From positions 2,152,615 to 2,216,614 of the forward strand of contig BCKQ01000001.1 of the NCBI GenBank assembly GCA_001600695.1: a stretch of 64,000 bases of DNA, written 5' to 3'. This document shows, in pieces, positions 47,517-57,999 of the stretch (positions are counted from its first letter, which is position 1; every line of letters starts with the position of its first letter). Below the pieces are notes generated by a model. That model saw nothing but the letters and a program-made list of their open reading frames with translations, was not told where the DNA came from and did no database searches. The position numbers and the translations under genes are program-made. This stretch comes from Ascoidea asiatica JCM 7603. Its lineage: Eukaryota; Fungi; Ascomycota.

Positions 47517-49866
47517 ATGTCTTCTTCAATGGATAAATCTTTAGATGAAATTATTTCTTCAAAACCAAAAAGACAATCTCATTTCAATAAAAAGAAATTA
47601 AATAATAATAAAGTTGGCAAAAATTTACATTCAAATAAAAATCGTAAATCTATTCCAAAAAAAGTTAATGTATCTTTTAAAAATAATAAAGATTCAGTTA
47701 TTGATGCTTCTTATGCTACAAAATGTGTTGTTTATGGTTTAGTATGTTAACTCATAATAAAAGTTATTAAATTAATTAACTTATTAAATTACTCAATATT
47801 ATCTATCCTATTATTCTCTATATTTATTTAATATAGTATAACTATAGTATATTAATCTTTACTAACATTATCCTTTTCTTCTGTTTCCCTTATAGCCAAG
47901 AGATATTAAACAAGATGCAATTAAAGTATGTTTATCATTATATTTACAGAAATGAAAAATTGAAAATGTGAAAAAAAAAACATAAAAGCTCTTATGAATT
48001 ATAAGGATTATTGAAGAAAAGGATGAGATAGAAGGAGTAAAGATTAAAGATTAAGATTATTATCAAGATTAAGATTTTGATTAAGATTAAGATTATAATT
48101 ATTATTGTAATCAATATATAAATGATAGGTCATCTCCATATATGATTCATGCATATTGTATTAATATTTTCTATGCAGAATCTATATAATCATCAAAGAT
48201 TTTGGATATCTGATTTTGGACATTGAATCTTGAAAATTGGATTTGAATATGGATATAGGATATCAAATATGAGATATTGGATTCATATTTTGGACCTTGA
48301 GATTTTTATATCTTTATAATCAATACTTTTTTTTTATTTTTGGATAAAAAATTGTTAGTTAAGGGAGGTATTTGGTTATATTGCTTATTTCATTCAATTG
48401 ATTTCTATTTTGTCATCAATTTTTATTTTCAACTTCATTTTTATTTTTTATTAAAATATTTATCATTGTTGTTATTATACCAATTATCAAAAGGAGAAAT
48501 TTAATTATTCAAATTAAAAATAATATTTTTAAAACTCCTAATAATAATGATTTATAAACTGTTTAACCAAATTTATCCTTCTTATTTCAATTTAACTTTC
48601 AATATATTTTCAAATTTAGTTTTTAAATTTGTTAATGGATAAAAATATGTATTTTTTGAAAAGCTATACTTCCTTATTTTCAAACTTCTTTATATTGAAA
48701 ATATCAAAAATTACTATTATTTATAATTACTCATTATTATTTCTATAACTGTTACTTTTTAATCTGTATTTATATTATGAAATTATATTGAAGTATAGCC
48801 TAGTAAAACAATAATTTATTCATTTCAATAATTATCTATTAATTTGTCAAATAGATTGATTATCCAATATTTTATTCAATTAATTATCTTATACGGGTAT
48901 TCAATAGAGGTCTTTGATTATTTAATTATTTCAATCGACTTTCATCTTGGATAATATAAAAATTAAAAGTCATTTATATCTCCTTTCTCCTTTTTTATAA
49001 AATCTAAACTTTTTTATTTTCAAAATTAAAAAAAAAATAAGAAACAACTATTTATCCATCAATCCAATTTTCAAATCCATTTTCATCATTTGTTCTCCAA
49101 GATCTATATTTGTTCACTAAATCCTATAAAATGTTTTCAGTATTTCAAATCTTATGAATCTTATAAATCTTTTGAGTCTGATAAGTCTTATCTTTATTCT
49201 TTTCTTTATCTCATCCTTAGTTCTTAAAAATACTTAGAGTTAAATCAAATTCTATTCATTTTTTTAATTACTCTTCAAAATTTATATTGTTTTGCTTTTT
49301 TTTTTTCAATTTTTCATTCAATTTTTCTTTAATCATTATATAAATATTCATTCTAACCATTTATTTTTTTTTTTAAATTCACTTTAGGAATTTTTCCAAT
49401 CTCAAGTTGGTTCTGTTCATACTGTTGCTTTAAGTTTTAATGAAAATGGTACTTCTAAAGGAATTGCTACTGTCATTTTCAAAAATTCTGCTGCTGCTCA
49501 AAAAGCAATTGATAAATATAATGGTGCTCCTCTTGATAATGGTTCATCTAAATTAAAAATTGAATTAATTTTAGATCCAACTAAGAAACCATTAGCTTCA
49601 AGAATTCAAGCAAAGTACGTATTAATTTGTTTACTTTTTTCTTTTCTTTTCTATTCAAAGTGCATTTGAAAAACTAACTATTTTTACTTTTTCTAAAATT
49701 TATTTAAAGTGCTGAAAAACCTCTTAAAAAAACTCTTGATGTCAAAGCAAGATCAAAGAAACCATTTCCAAAAGGTAAACCTGCTAAAAAACCTTTCAAG
49801 AAACAAACTAAAAAAACTCTTGAAGATTTGGATCAAGAAATGACTGAATATTTTTCAAAAAAATAA
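47517..49866 (+). CDS. YRA1: mRNA export adaptor Yra1 (REF/ALY), 4 exons: 47517-47741, 47896-47925, 49388-49614, 49710-49866; 212 aa
   Basis: Spliced frame is open (639 nt): REF-N MDKSLDEII, RRM VYGL|PRDIKQDAIK|EFFQSQVG...YNGAPLD, REF-C KKTLEDLDQEMTEYF. Confidence 0.93.
47742..47895 (+). other. YRA1: YRA1 intron 1 (154 nt)
   Basis: GTATGT donor, TACTAAC 47860-66, TAG acceptor; restores GL-PRDIK. Confidence 0.92.
47926..49387 (+). other. YRA1: YRA1 intron 2 (1462 nt), at the position of the S. cerevisiae autoregulatory intron
   Basis: GTATGT donor, TTCTAAC 49351-57, TAG acceptor; joins DAIK|EFF. Confidence 0.92.
49615..49709 (+). other. YRA1: YRA1 intron 3 (95 nt)
   Basis: GTACGT donor, AACTAAC 49672-78, AAG acceptor; phase-2 join AA|T keeps the REF-C box in frame. 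Confidence 0.85.
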
Positions 49867-50313
49867 TCAAATTTTTTTTAAAATTAACCAAATATCAAAT
49901 GCTGCTTGTTTAGTGAAAAAATAATTTTATTTTGCTCTTCAAAACTATTTTATTTTGTTATTTTTATTTTATTGATATTTAAAACTTTTTCAAAGCAATT
50001 TTCAACTTTTCATTCATTTTCTATGTTTTATCTAATTTTATTTCTTTTGTTTTTGTCTTATATTCTTTTTAATAAATTTTTTGTATACTATGTCTTTCTA
50101 ATACTTCAAACATTTTTTCTTTTCATCTCAAAGAATTAGAAGGATTCTCAAACAAACTTACTTTCAATATTATCGGTTAAAATTATTGCAATAAATATTT
50201 ATTAAAGCCAGATGCAAAAAGGTATAGCAAAATAGCAATTAAAAAAAAGAAAAATGAATATAAATTAATTTTTGAGCAAATTACATGATTCCAATAAAAA
50301 AGACTTTTTTGAT

Positions 50314-51599
50314 TTAAATTTTTGGAGCACCAGTTACTACATCAATTAATGATTCTTTAGTATCTAATGGACCGGGTCCAACACTTGTAAGAATAACTCT
50401 TGAAACACCATTATTTATTGAAAAATCTAAATCTTCTTCAGATAAAATCAAAGCATCTTTTTTATTAATTTTTTTTTGAAATTTATCCCAGCCAACAGTT
50501 TTATTTAAAATTTTATAAAAAATATTGAGAATTAAATCTTCATTGTCTTCTTCGTAATAGATGACTGCATTTGGTCCAGCGTCAAATGTATAAGCAGCAA
50601 TAATTTTTCCTGCAGATTCATTAATTTTATTAACTAATTTTATTATTTTTTTTGATGTATCATTTAAATAAAAAATTGGTGGATATGTATCAAGACAAGT
50701 TGAATGAAAAGAGTTTGAATCTTTCATAGTTAATTCTCCAAATTTTTCAAAATCTTTTTCAAGTATTGATTTTTTCATTTCTTCGAAACGTTTTGGCACA
50801 ACCTCTTTGATTCTATATTGAAAAAGATCAGAAGTTTTAACAGTTAATTGCATTCCAGAAGTTGATGAAGTATCTTTTTTATCAGCACTAACAACACAAA
50901 TTATTGCCTTTATTGTTGGCCAATGTTCAACTGGAGCAATTTCTACTGCTTTTGAATCCTCTCCATTTTCTTGAGTACCCATTTCCCACGCGACATAACC
51001 ACCAAATAAAGAACGACAGGCAGAGCCTGAACCTTTTCTTGCTATTTTTGATATTTCAGATAATGAATTAGGTAATTGGTAAAGATTAGAAATTGCTTTT
51101 ACTAAAGCTGATAAACCTGCTGCAGATGAAGCTAAACCTGCAGCGGTTGGAAAATTATTTTCGGAAACGATAAGAAGTTTCATTTCAGATAATTTTGGTA
51201 ATTTTTCATCTTTTTTTTCTAAATCAATTCTCAAATTTTTCAAGTCTGTTAAAACTTGAGTCATTCTTGGAGAAATTAATGATTCTTCTTTTCCATTTAA
51301 ATATAATTTATTTTCAGAATACAGTTTTGAACAAGCGACAGAAGTTAATGTTCTTAAATCATCTTGAGATAAAGTTACAGATATAGAAGAATTTGTTGGT
51401 AAATTTAAATTTTTGTCTCTTTTACCCCAATATTTAAGAGTCTATAAAAACAATATGAACAGTGAATTGCTATGTTAGTTTGAATAATTCGATGCAATTG
51501 ATACTAATTTAATGGGCGCTTAAATTTTAACTTCAGAAATATAAAAGAACTTACAGCGATGTTCACTGGGGAAGTAGTTGAAGCAGTATATACAGACAT
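50314..51599 (-). CDS. MVD1: Diphosphomevalonate decarboxylase; exons 51599-51555 and 51441-50314 (intron 51442-51554); 390 aa
   Basis: MSVYTASTTSPVNIA|TLKYWGKRD; intron GTAAGT...AACTAAC (51474-80)...TAG; NNFPTAAGLASSAAG, RKGSGSACRS, YTFDAGPNA. Confidence 0.96.
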
Positions 51600-52025
51600 G
51601 ATTTAATAGTTTTTTATTAAATTCGAATTTAAGAATGAATGTAGATTAGATAATATGAAGAAATCGAAAGAATTGATGAAGAATTATTTCTGAAAAATTG
51701 AAAACTATGTCGAATATATATGAGAAATCTAAACGACTATCATCGCTCCATCTTTTCCAAAACATCACTAAAGATGAGGCTAAAATTGTTTCGACGTTCC
51801 TCGTATCGAAATATGAAAATCGAAGTATTTCAGCTAATATTTCAGACCTTGAAATCAGGGTCTTATACCGTTTAACCCCGTTTTCAGTGCTTCAAGCCTA
51901 GGATAACGATAACAGTAATAAATTTATATTCTACAAAGAAATACTCTTGATTAAAATTATTAATTGTCTGGATAAATGCCAAATGAATGTATATTAAAAA
52001 ATAATTTATGTGACATTATTTATGC

Positions 52026-54650
52026 TCATGGGCTCCTTATTGCCAGAAGCTTTCCTTTCAAATGTAAAGGCTTTTTAGGAGCGGGTGGTGGAATCTTTTT
52101 TGTTTTTTGTTTTAGCTTGTTTATCTGTGGTTTTTGTGTCTGTTTGATTATAGGTGAGGAATCTAATGTTTGAGTTTTTACAGAACTATCCGTATATTTT
52201 CCATATCCATTAGCAGTTTTAACAAGGGTTTCTTCTTTTTTAGATAAAAGTAATGCCATTCTTTCCTGGATAGACAATTCTTGACCATCTTCAGATTCTA
52301 ATTTTTTTTCAGATTCTGATTTATGTATTGGTAATGGTGAAATTTTAGATTTTATTTCATGCTTATTGATAGAGTTTCTTTTTGAGACTGGTGTTTTTCT
52401 CTTAATGAAAATATCTTCTTCCGAAGAAGAATCGTCATCTGTATAATTTCCGGTATTTGCAGGATCATTTAAATAACTAGTAAACCCAGTATTGTTTTTA
52501 TTGTTATTATTATGACCAAGATCTTCAATTGGAGAAAACTCGGCAACATCATTAGAAGAATTAGAAATACCAGTTAATAATTTTTCAAGTTTTTTGTATG
52601 ATTTTATCTTTCTAGAATCAGCTTGATCATCATCTTTGAAATTATTATTTAAATTAATTTTTTCTGGAGTGTAAATTTTTTTAAAAGATTCATTAAACCT
52701 TTTTGGACTCTCGTAACCTTTTCTTATTGGAGAAAATATATCATTATTAATTTCATTTTTCAATAATAAAGAATCATCTGTTTGAGTTTCAATACTAACA
52801 TATTTATTTTTTATAGGTTTTGAAATATTATAATTATTTTCGATTTGATCTAAAGAAGGAAATTTTGAATTTATATCATTAATAACATCATAATCTTCAT
52901 CGAATTTATTATCAGATAATTTATAAGAATCCAGATATTTTGAAGATTTTCCAGTATCTGCTTTAGAGGTAAAAGCAGAAGATTCTTGACTTTTAATTTT
53001 CTGAAGTTCTTTGATATCTTCTTTTAAAGAGCGTAAATCATCATCATTTTCATCTTTTTTAAAATCATGATTATTACTTTGATCATCATCATTGCCATTA
53101 CTATTAGTAATAGTACTAAGTCTATTTATAGATTTATAACTTGATTGTGAATGAGAATGAGAATGAGATATTGTCTTTGATTTATAATCTGATTGATTAT
53201 TGAAATTTAAAATTTTTGATTTATCTAAATCTGAAAATGGATCTTTTGATTGATTTCCAGATTTTTTATTTATTTGAATATTTGGAGTTGATTTATTCAC
53301 AAAAACTTTATTATTTGATAATGGATAAACTTGAGTTGCATTATTAAGAGAAGTTGATGATTTTGAGTTTGAGCCAATAGTATTACTATTATTGATATTA
53401 TTATTATTTATTTGAGTTGAGGAATATATAGGAGCTTGATTATTTAAATTAATCGGAACTTGTTGTAAAGGAATTTGTTGAATTGGAATTTGAATTGGTA
53501 CCTGAGTACTAAGTGGAAATTGTTGGAATGGTAGATTTGACGAAGAATATGGAGGGATGGAATTCTGAATATTTTGCTGTGGTTGTGGTTGTGGTTGAGA
53601 TTGATGTATTTGTTGATGATATCTAGATTTTTTTTTTTCTTTTACTTCTATATAAGAATTTTTTATGGAAGTAGGTATTGAAATTCCTCTCATAGAAGCA
53701 ACTTCTTCTAATACTTGATAAATATCAGGTCTTTTTAAAGGATTAGTTTGTAATAAAATTGAAATCAGATTTTTTAATCTTGTAGAGTATTCGGGATGAA
53801 TTGGAAAAGTAAATCTACCTTGTAAAATAGCTAATTCACCTCCAGATTCAAATGGAGTTGTATAATAGCATAATTTATAAAGAAATACACCTAAAGCCCA
53901 AATATCAGATTTTTCATCAATATAAAAACCTTTTGTAAGATCTATCATTTCTGGAGCTCTATATTGAGCAGTTGTATGTTGCATGATATCATTTTGCAAT
54001 AATTTAAATTCTTCTTGATTTTTTGGTGGTCTTAATATACCACAAGTTGAACCAAAATCACATAACTTATATTCATCATTATTATTAATTAAAACATTTT
54101 CAATTTTTATATCTCTATGAATTAAAGGTGGATTTAAAAAATGCATTTGTAAAACACCAATTGTAACTTCATACATAATTCTTAAAATTTCATTTTCTTT
54201 TAGTCTATTTGTTAATCTTGTATTCATGAAATCAATTAACCCATTTTTTGAACAATATTCCATTAATAATAAAACTTCATAACCTTTTGTAGAATCAGTT
54301 TCAGAAACTCTTGCAGCATGAGAATCTATATAAGAGACAATATGTGGTTTACCTTTTAATTTTTTCATTGCATCAACTTCAGCTCTTAAAATATTTAAAA
54401 GCATTTTATTTGGTACAACTACTCTTTTTAAACAAAATAAATCATTAGAGAATTTCAGATTTGAAGGAGAAATATTTGAATCAGAAGATAAAGATGAAGA
54501 AGAAGAAGCAGATGATGACTGAGATATTATATTACAAGTATAAACATGAGCAAAACCTCCTTCAGATATATATTTCACTATTCTTATTTTATGAGAACCA
54601 ACAACTAAAGTTGTTCCAGATTGATAAACAGTTGGAGGAGGAGGAGCCAT
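52026..54650 (-). CDS. ARK1: Ark1/Prk1-family (NAK) actin/endocytosis kinase
   Basis: [63 protein letters not shown]-terminal [12 protein letters not shown]. Probably the single pre-duplication ARK1/PRK1 gene. Confidence 0.88.
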   Translation of the reverse strand: MAPPPPTVYQSGTTLVVGSHKIRIVKYISEGGFAHVYTCNIISQSSSASSSSSLSSDSNISPSNLKFSNDLFCLKRVVVPNKMLLNILRAEVDAMKKLKGKPHIVSYIDSHAARVSETDSTKGYEVLLLMEYCSKNGLIDFMNTRLTNRLKENEILRIMYEVTIGVLQMHFLNPPLIHRDIKIENVLINNNDEYKLCDFGSTCGILRPPKNQEEFKLLQNDIMQHTTAQYRAPEMIDLTKGFYIDEKSDIWALGVFLYKLCYYTTPFESGGELAILQGRFTFPIHPEYSTRLKNLISILLQTNPLKRPDIYQVLEEVASMRGISIPTSIKNSYIEVKEKKKSRYHQQIHQSQPQPQPQQNIQNSIPPYSSSNLPFQQFPLSTQVPIQIPIQQIPLQQVPINLNNQAPIYSSTQINNNNINNSNTIGSNSKSSTSLNNATQVYPLSNNKVFVNKSTPNIQINKKSGNQSKDPFSDLDKSKILNFNNQSDYKSKTISHSHSHSQSSYKSINRLSTITNSNGNDDDQSNNHDFKKDENDDDLRSLKEDIKELQKIKSQESSAFTSKADTGKSSKYLDSYKLSDNKFDEDYDVINDINSKFPSLDQIENNYNISKPIKNKYVSIETQTDDSLLLKNEINNDIFSPIRKGYESPKRFNESFKKIYTPEKINLNNNFKDDDQADSRKIKSYKKLEKLLTGISNSSNDVAEFSPIEDLGHNNNNKNNTGFTSYLNDPANTGNYTDDDSSSEEDIFIKRKTPVSKRNSINKHEIKSKISPLPIHKSESEKKLESEDGQELSIQERMALLLSKKEETLVKTANGYGKYTDSSVKTQTLDSSPIIKQTQKPQINKLKQKTKKIPPPAPKKPLHLKGKLLAIRSP

Positions 54651-55407
54651 CTTTTTTTTTTTCTTTCAATTAAATTGTCAATTTAATTGGACAGCTAATT
54701 TATTAGATTTTTACTAACTCAATGAATTTATTTGAATTCAACCAGATTCTTTACTCGATAATTGAATTTGAGGTTTGTAGTTGGTAATTTTATTGCAGGA
54801 AAGAGAAGCACCAAAGTCGACAGAAGTTGAGGCTGCTGAGATTGTCAGACCAAAAGCCATAATCTTCTGCGCCTATCGATACGTATCCAAGCCCGGAAGT
54901 GGGACGTAAACAGTCACATGATTGTGTAGTAAGTCGAGGTTTATGTGCTCGGAAGTTAAAATATACGGTAATATTACTACAATAGGAAATGTGTGTTCGA
55001 TCAAATTTAGAATATAAAGTTTTAGGATCCTAAAATGTTTCTTTATTAATTCAAAATCCTGTTAAACCATTCATTATATGAGTTTTTTTTTGAGTTATTA
55101 ATCAATTTTAATCAATCATCATCCATTGTATTTAATAGGTTTTTGGAAAACAAAATTAATAGAAATAGAAAATTGATTATTTAATCAAAGAAATGTTTCG
55201 TCAATGAGTCTTTTATCAGTACTATTTTATTTTTAGCTACTCCTCAAGTAGTTTGTTTAATTGGGAGATGAAAAAAGAATTGGTTATCAAATTCAATGGT
55301 GTAATATATCAATTTCAAGAAAGGGTGATTTAAAAATTATTTTTTTATTAATCTTATAATTGAATGTTTTTTGATATATAATATAAACAATAGAATTTCA
55401 ATTGATT

Positions 55408-55994
55408 TCATTTTTTGATGAAATAACTTTTATCAAGTATATCTTTAGCTTGATTTATTTTACTTGCAATATATGCACTACCACCTCTATCAGGATGATT
55501 TAATCTAATAATTTGTCTATGTTTCTTTGATAATAATTTTTGATTCATCATTACAATTTTTTTATTTGAAATATCTAAAATTTCTAAAGCTTCAATTTCA
55601 TTCATTTTTTTCTTAAAACCACCTGGTAAAAATTTTATGTTATTTTCATTTCCTAATTCATTATTTGAAAATATTAATTTAATATTATTTAATCTCGCTA
55701 TATCAAATTTTGTTAATTTTTTAAATCTATAAATTGATTTAACTCCTGCTCTTACCTTTTGAAATTTTATTTTTATTTTGTTAGAATCTAATTGAGTAAA
55801 ATTAAAGTGAATTGATAATGATTATTATTATGATTAATTTGAATATTACTTACAGTTAATGTGGCAAAAGTTACACCGATACCTATTATTATCGGAAGAA
55901 CCTATAGAAATTGGTATAAATTATTTAAATTCTAGTTAGTTTTCTATTCTCTTTGTTTTCTTGAGATAAAATATATTATTATTTATCATACCAT
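55408..55994 (-). CDS. MDJ2: Mitochondrial import motor J-protein Mdj2; exons 55994-55992 (ATG only), 55901-55854, 55755-55408; 132 aa
   Basis: Spliced M|VLPIIIGIGVTFATLT|VRAG...IARLNNI...GGFKKKMNEIEALEILDI...NHPDRGGSAYIASKINQAK. Intron 1 (55902-55991) GTATGA/AACTAAC/TAG; intron 2 (55756-55853) GTAAGT/TTCTAAC/AAG. Confidence 0.92.
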
Positions 55995-56323
55995 TAATAT
56001 ATATGAATATGAATATATCAGTTTAATAAACTATTTTTTTCTATGAAATTATATAAATCATTTAAATCAATTCATTTATTCTAGGTTGATTTAATTTAAA
56101 TTATATGATGATCGAATCAAAACTCGGTTCGAAAAATACTAAATTTACTATTAATAAATAAAGCAATATTGGTGATCCGAAATTAAAGCTGCTGCTTACT
56201 TAACGGTATCTTTTACTACTATAGTCACAGTATTATTACAGTATTATTACAGTAATATATTAAATTATGCTGATGAATATTATTTATTGAATTAAGTATC
56301 TAAATAAATAAATAAATAATTGA

Positions 56324-57355
56324 TTAGACAAATCTCATATTTGCTAATCTTGATTGAATTCTTTTATCTTCAACAATTCTATTATATATATGTTCATTAA
56401 TTGGAAAATTTAAACCATTATTTTTTCTTGAATAATTTTCAATTGGAAATATCCATTCAAACCAATTTTCTCCCATAATTTCTTTAAAATTTTCTTTTTT
56501 ACCTAAATCAAAAATATTTAAAAGTTTTTTATTTTTATTTAATTCATACATTTCAATTGTTGTTCTATTTTTTAATAATTGATAAATTGTAAAAACATTA
56601 AAAATAGTAACAGTTATGAAAAAAATAAAACTTATAATTAATAAAAATAAAAAATTTAAATTAAAATAATCTTTTTTATAATCTTCTTTAAATAAAAAAT
56701 CAAATAATATTGAAGAAGTTAAAAAAAAACAAAAAATTGTAAAAATTGCAATATATGATAATAATTGAATAAAAAATTTATAATTTTTAAAACCAATACA
56801 ACATGCAAACCATGGACAATGATGATCCATTTTTAATATACATTTTTTACAACCTGAACAATGATGACATCTATCTGGTTTCCAAACTTTACATAAATCA
56901 CAAAATCTAAAAGCAGTTAAGCTATTATTATTGTTATTGTTGTTATTGTTGTTATTATTAATATTAATATTAAAAGTATGAAATTTTAAAAAACTTGGAG
57001 GTGGTTTTATTGAACCATTTTCTAAACCAGATGTAATTAATTCTTTTGATAAATTTCCAATTGATAAATCACCAATTGAATTTAATAAAGGATCATATTC
57101 ATTATTTGAATTATTTGAATCAATTTGAATTTTTAAATTTGGAAAATCTATTGGTGAACCAGGTCCATTTTTTATAATTAAATAATATGATAATAAACAC
57201 ATTGAACCAAGATAAAATCCAATAAAAAATGTTAAATATTTTATTATTCCATGAAGTAATTTTATTGATATAAGATAACAAGAAGTATACATTGCCCAAA
57301 TTATCAATGAATTACAAAAAACTTTTGGAAATAAAGAAGTAAACTTATCCAACAT
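56324..57355 (-). CDS. PFA3: DHHC palmitoyltransferase Pfa3
   Basis: GPGSP, RFCDLCKVWKPDRCHHCS.C..CILKMDHHCPWFACCIGFKNYKFFIQ, NRTTIE, NIFDLG..EN. Confidence 0.93.
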   Translation of the reverse strand: MLDKFTSLFPKVFCNSLIIWAMYTSCYLISIKLLHGIIKYLTFFIGFYLGSMCLLSYYLIIKNGPGSPIDFPNLKIQIDSNNSNNEYDPLLNSIGDLSIGNLSKELITSGLENGSIKPPPSFLKFHTFNININNNNNNNNNNNNSLTAFRFCDLCKVWKPDRCHHCSGCKKCILKMDHHCPWFACCIGFKNYKFFIQLLSYIAIFTIFCFFLTSSILFDFLFKEDYKKDYFNLNFLFLLIISFIFFITVTIFNVFTIYQLLKNRTTIEMYELNKNKKLLNIFDLGKKENFKEIMGENWFEWIFPIENYSRKNNGLNFPINEHIYNRIVEDKRIQSRLANMRFV

Positions 57356-57999
57356 GATTGATTATATCTTTAAGCTTATTTATATTTAAATTTATATTTA
57401 AATTTATATTTTAATTTATTTATTACGTAGATTATATGATTATATGATAATATGATAATATTTTGTCATTTCAATATTCATTCCTTTCTATTATTTACTC
57501 TCAGATCCTAATTTCAATTAATCTTATCCAAACTCAGTCTTGTAATAATATTTCTTATCTCTCTCTTTCTCTTTCTCTCTTTCTTTCTCTGTTCAAAATA
57601 ACCTCTTGTTTATCAATTTCAAATTCAATCTCAATTTCCTTGTTTCATTCCTTTTTTTCACTTTCAATCGGGTTTTGGGTTGGAAATAAATACGCCACAC
57701 TTGTCACTTCTATTTGCCACTAATACTCAGCCATGCATAAAATCCTTCTTTTTTAGATAAATCCGGAAACATCAAAACTAAATCCATGCTCGGAGCCACG
57801 GATGGCCTTCAGTTATATTTATTCAGTTATTTGATAATTAATAATTAATATATTTATTTATATTTATATTTAGCATAATGGTTTTCGTATTTTGTATTTT
57901 GTATTTTGTATTTTACATAAGAAATAAATGCAAACTTTGCAAATTCAGCAAAATTTGTTGAGAAAAAAAATAATAATCTACAATATCACAATATAAGAT

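Noticed and set aside
51729-51736. CTAAACGA (reverse TCGTTTAG, Upc2-type site) upstream of MVD1
   Set aside because: Plausible, but the same 8-mer occurs near PRS5, SIN CDC14 and VHC1-B, so it is not specific enough to call.
1954-54673. Numerous 60-190 aa ORFs overlapping long genes (e.g. 9011, 13026, 28340, 34016, 35181, 44423, 54461)
   Set aside because: Antisense or off-frame shadows of AAT/TTA-rich coding sequence giving poly-L/I text, with no motifs.
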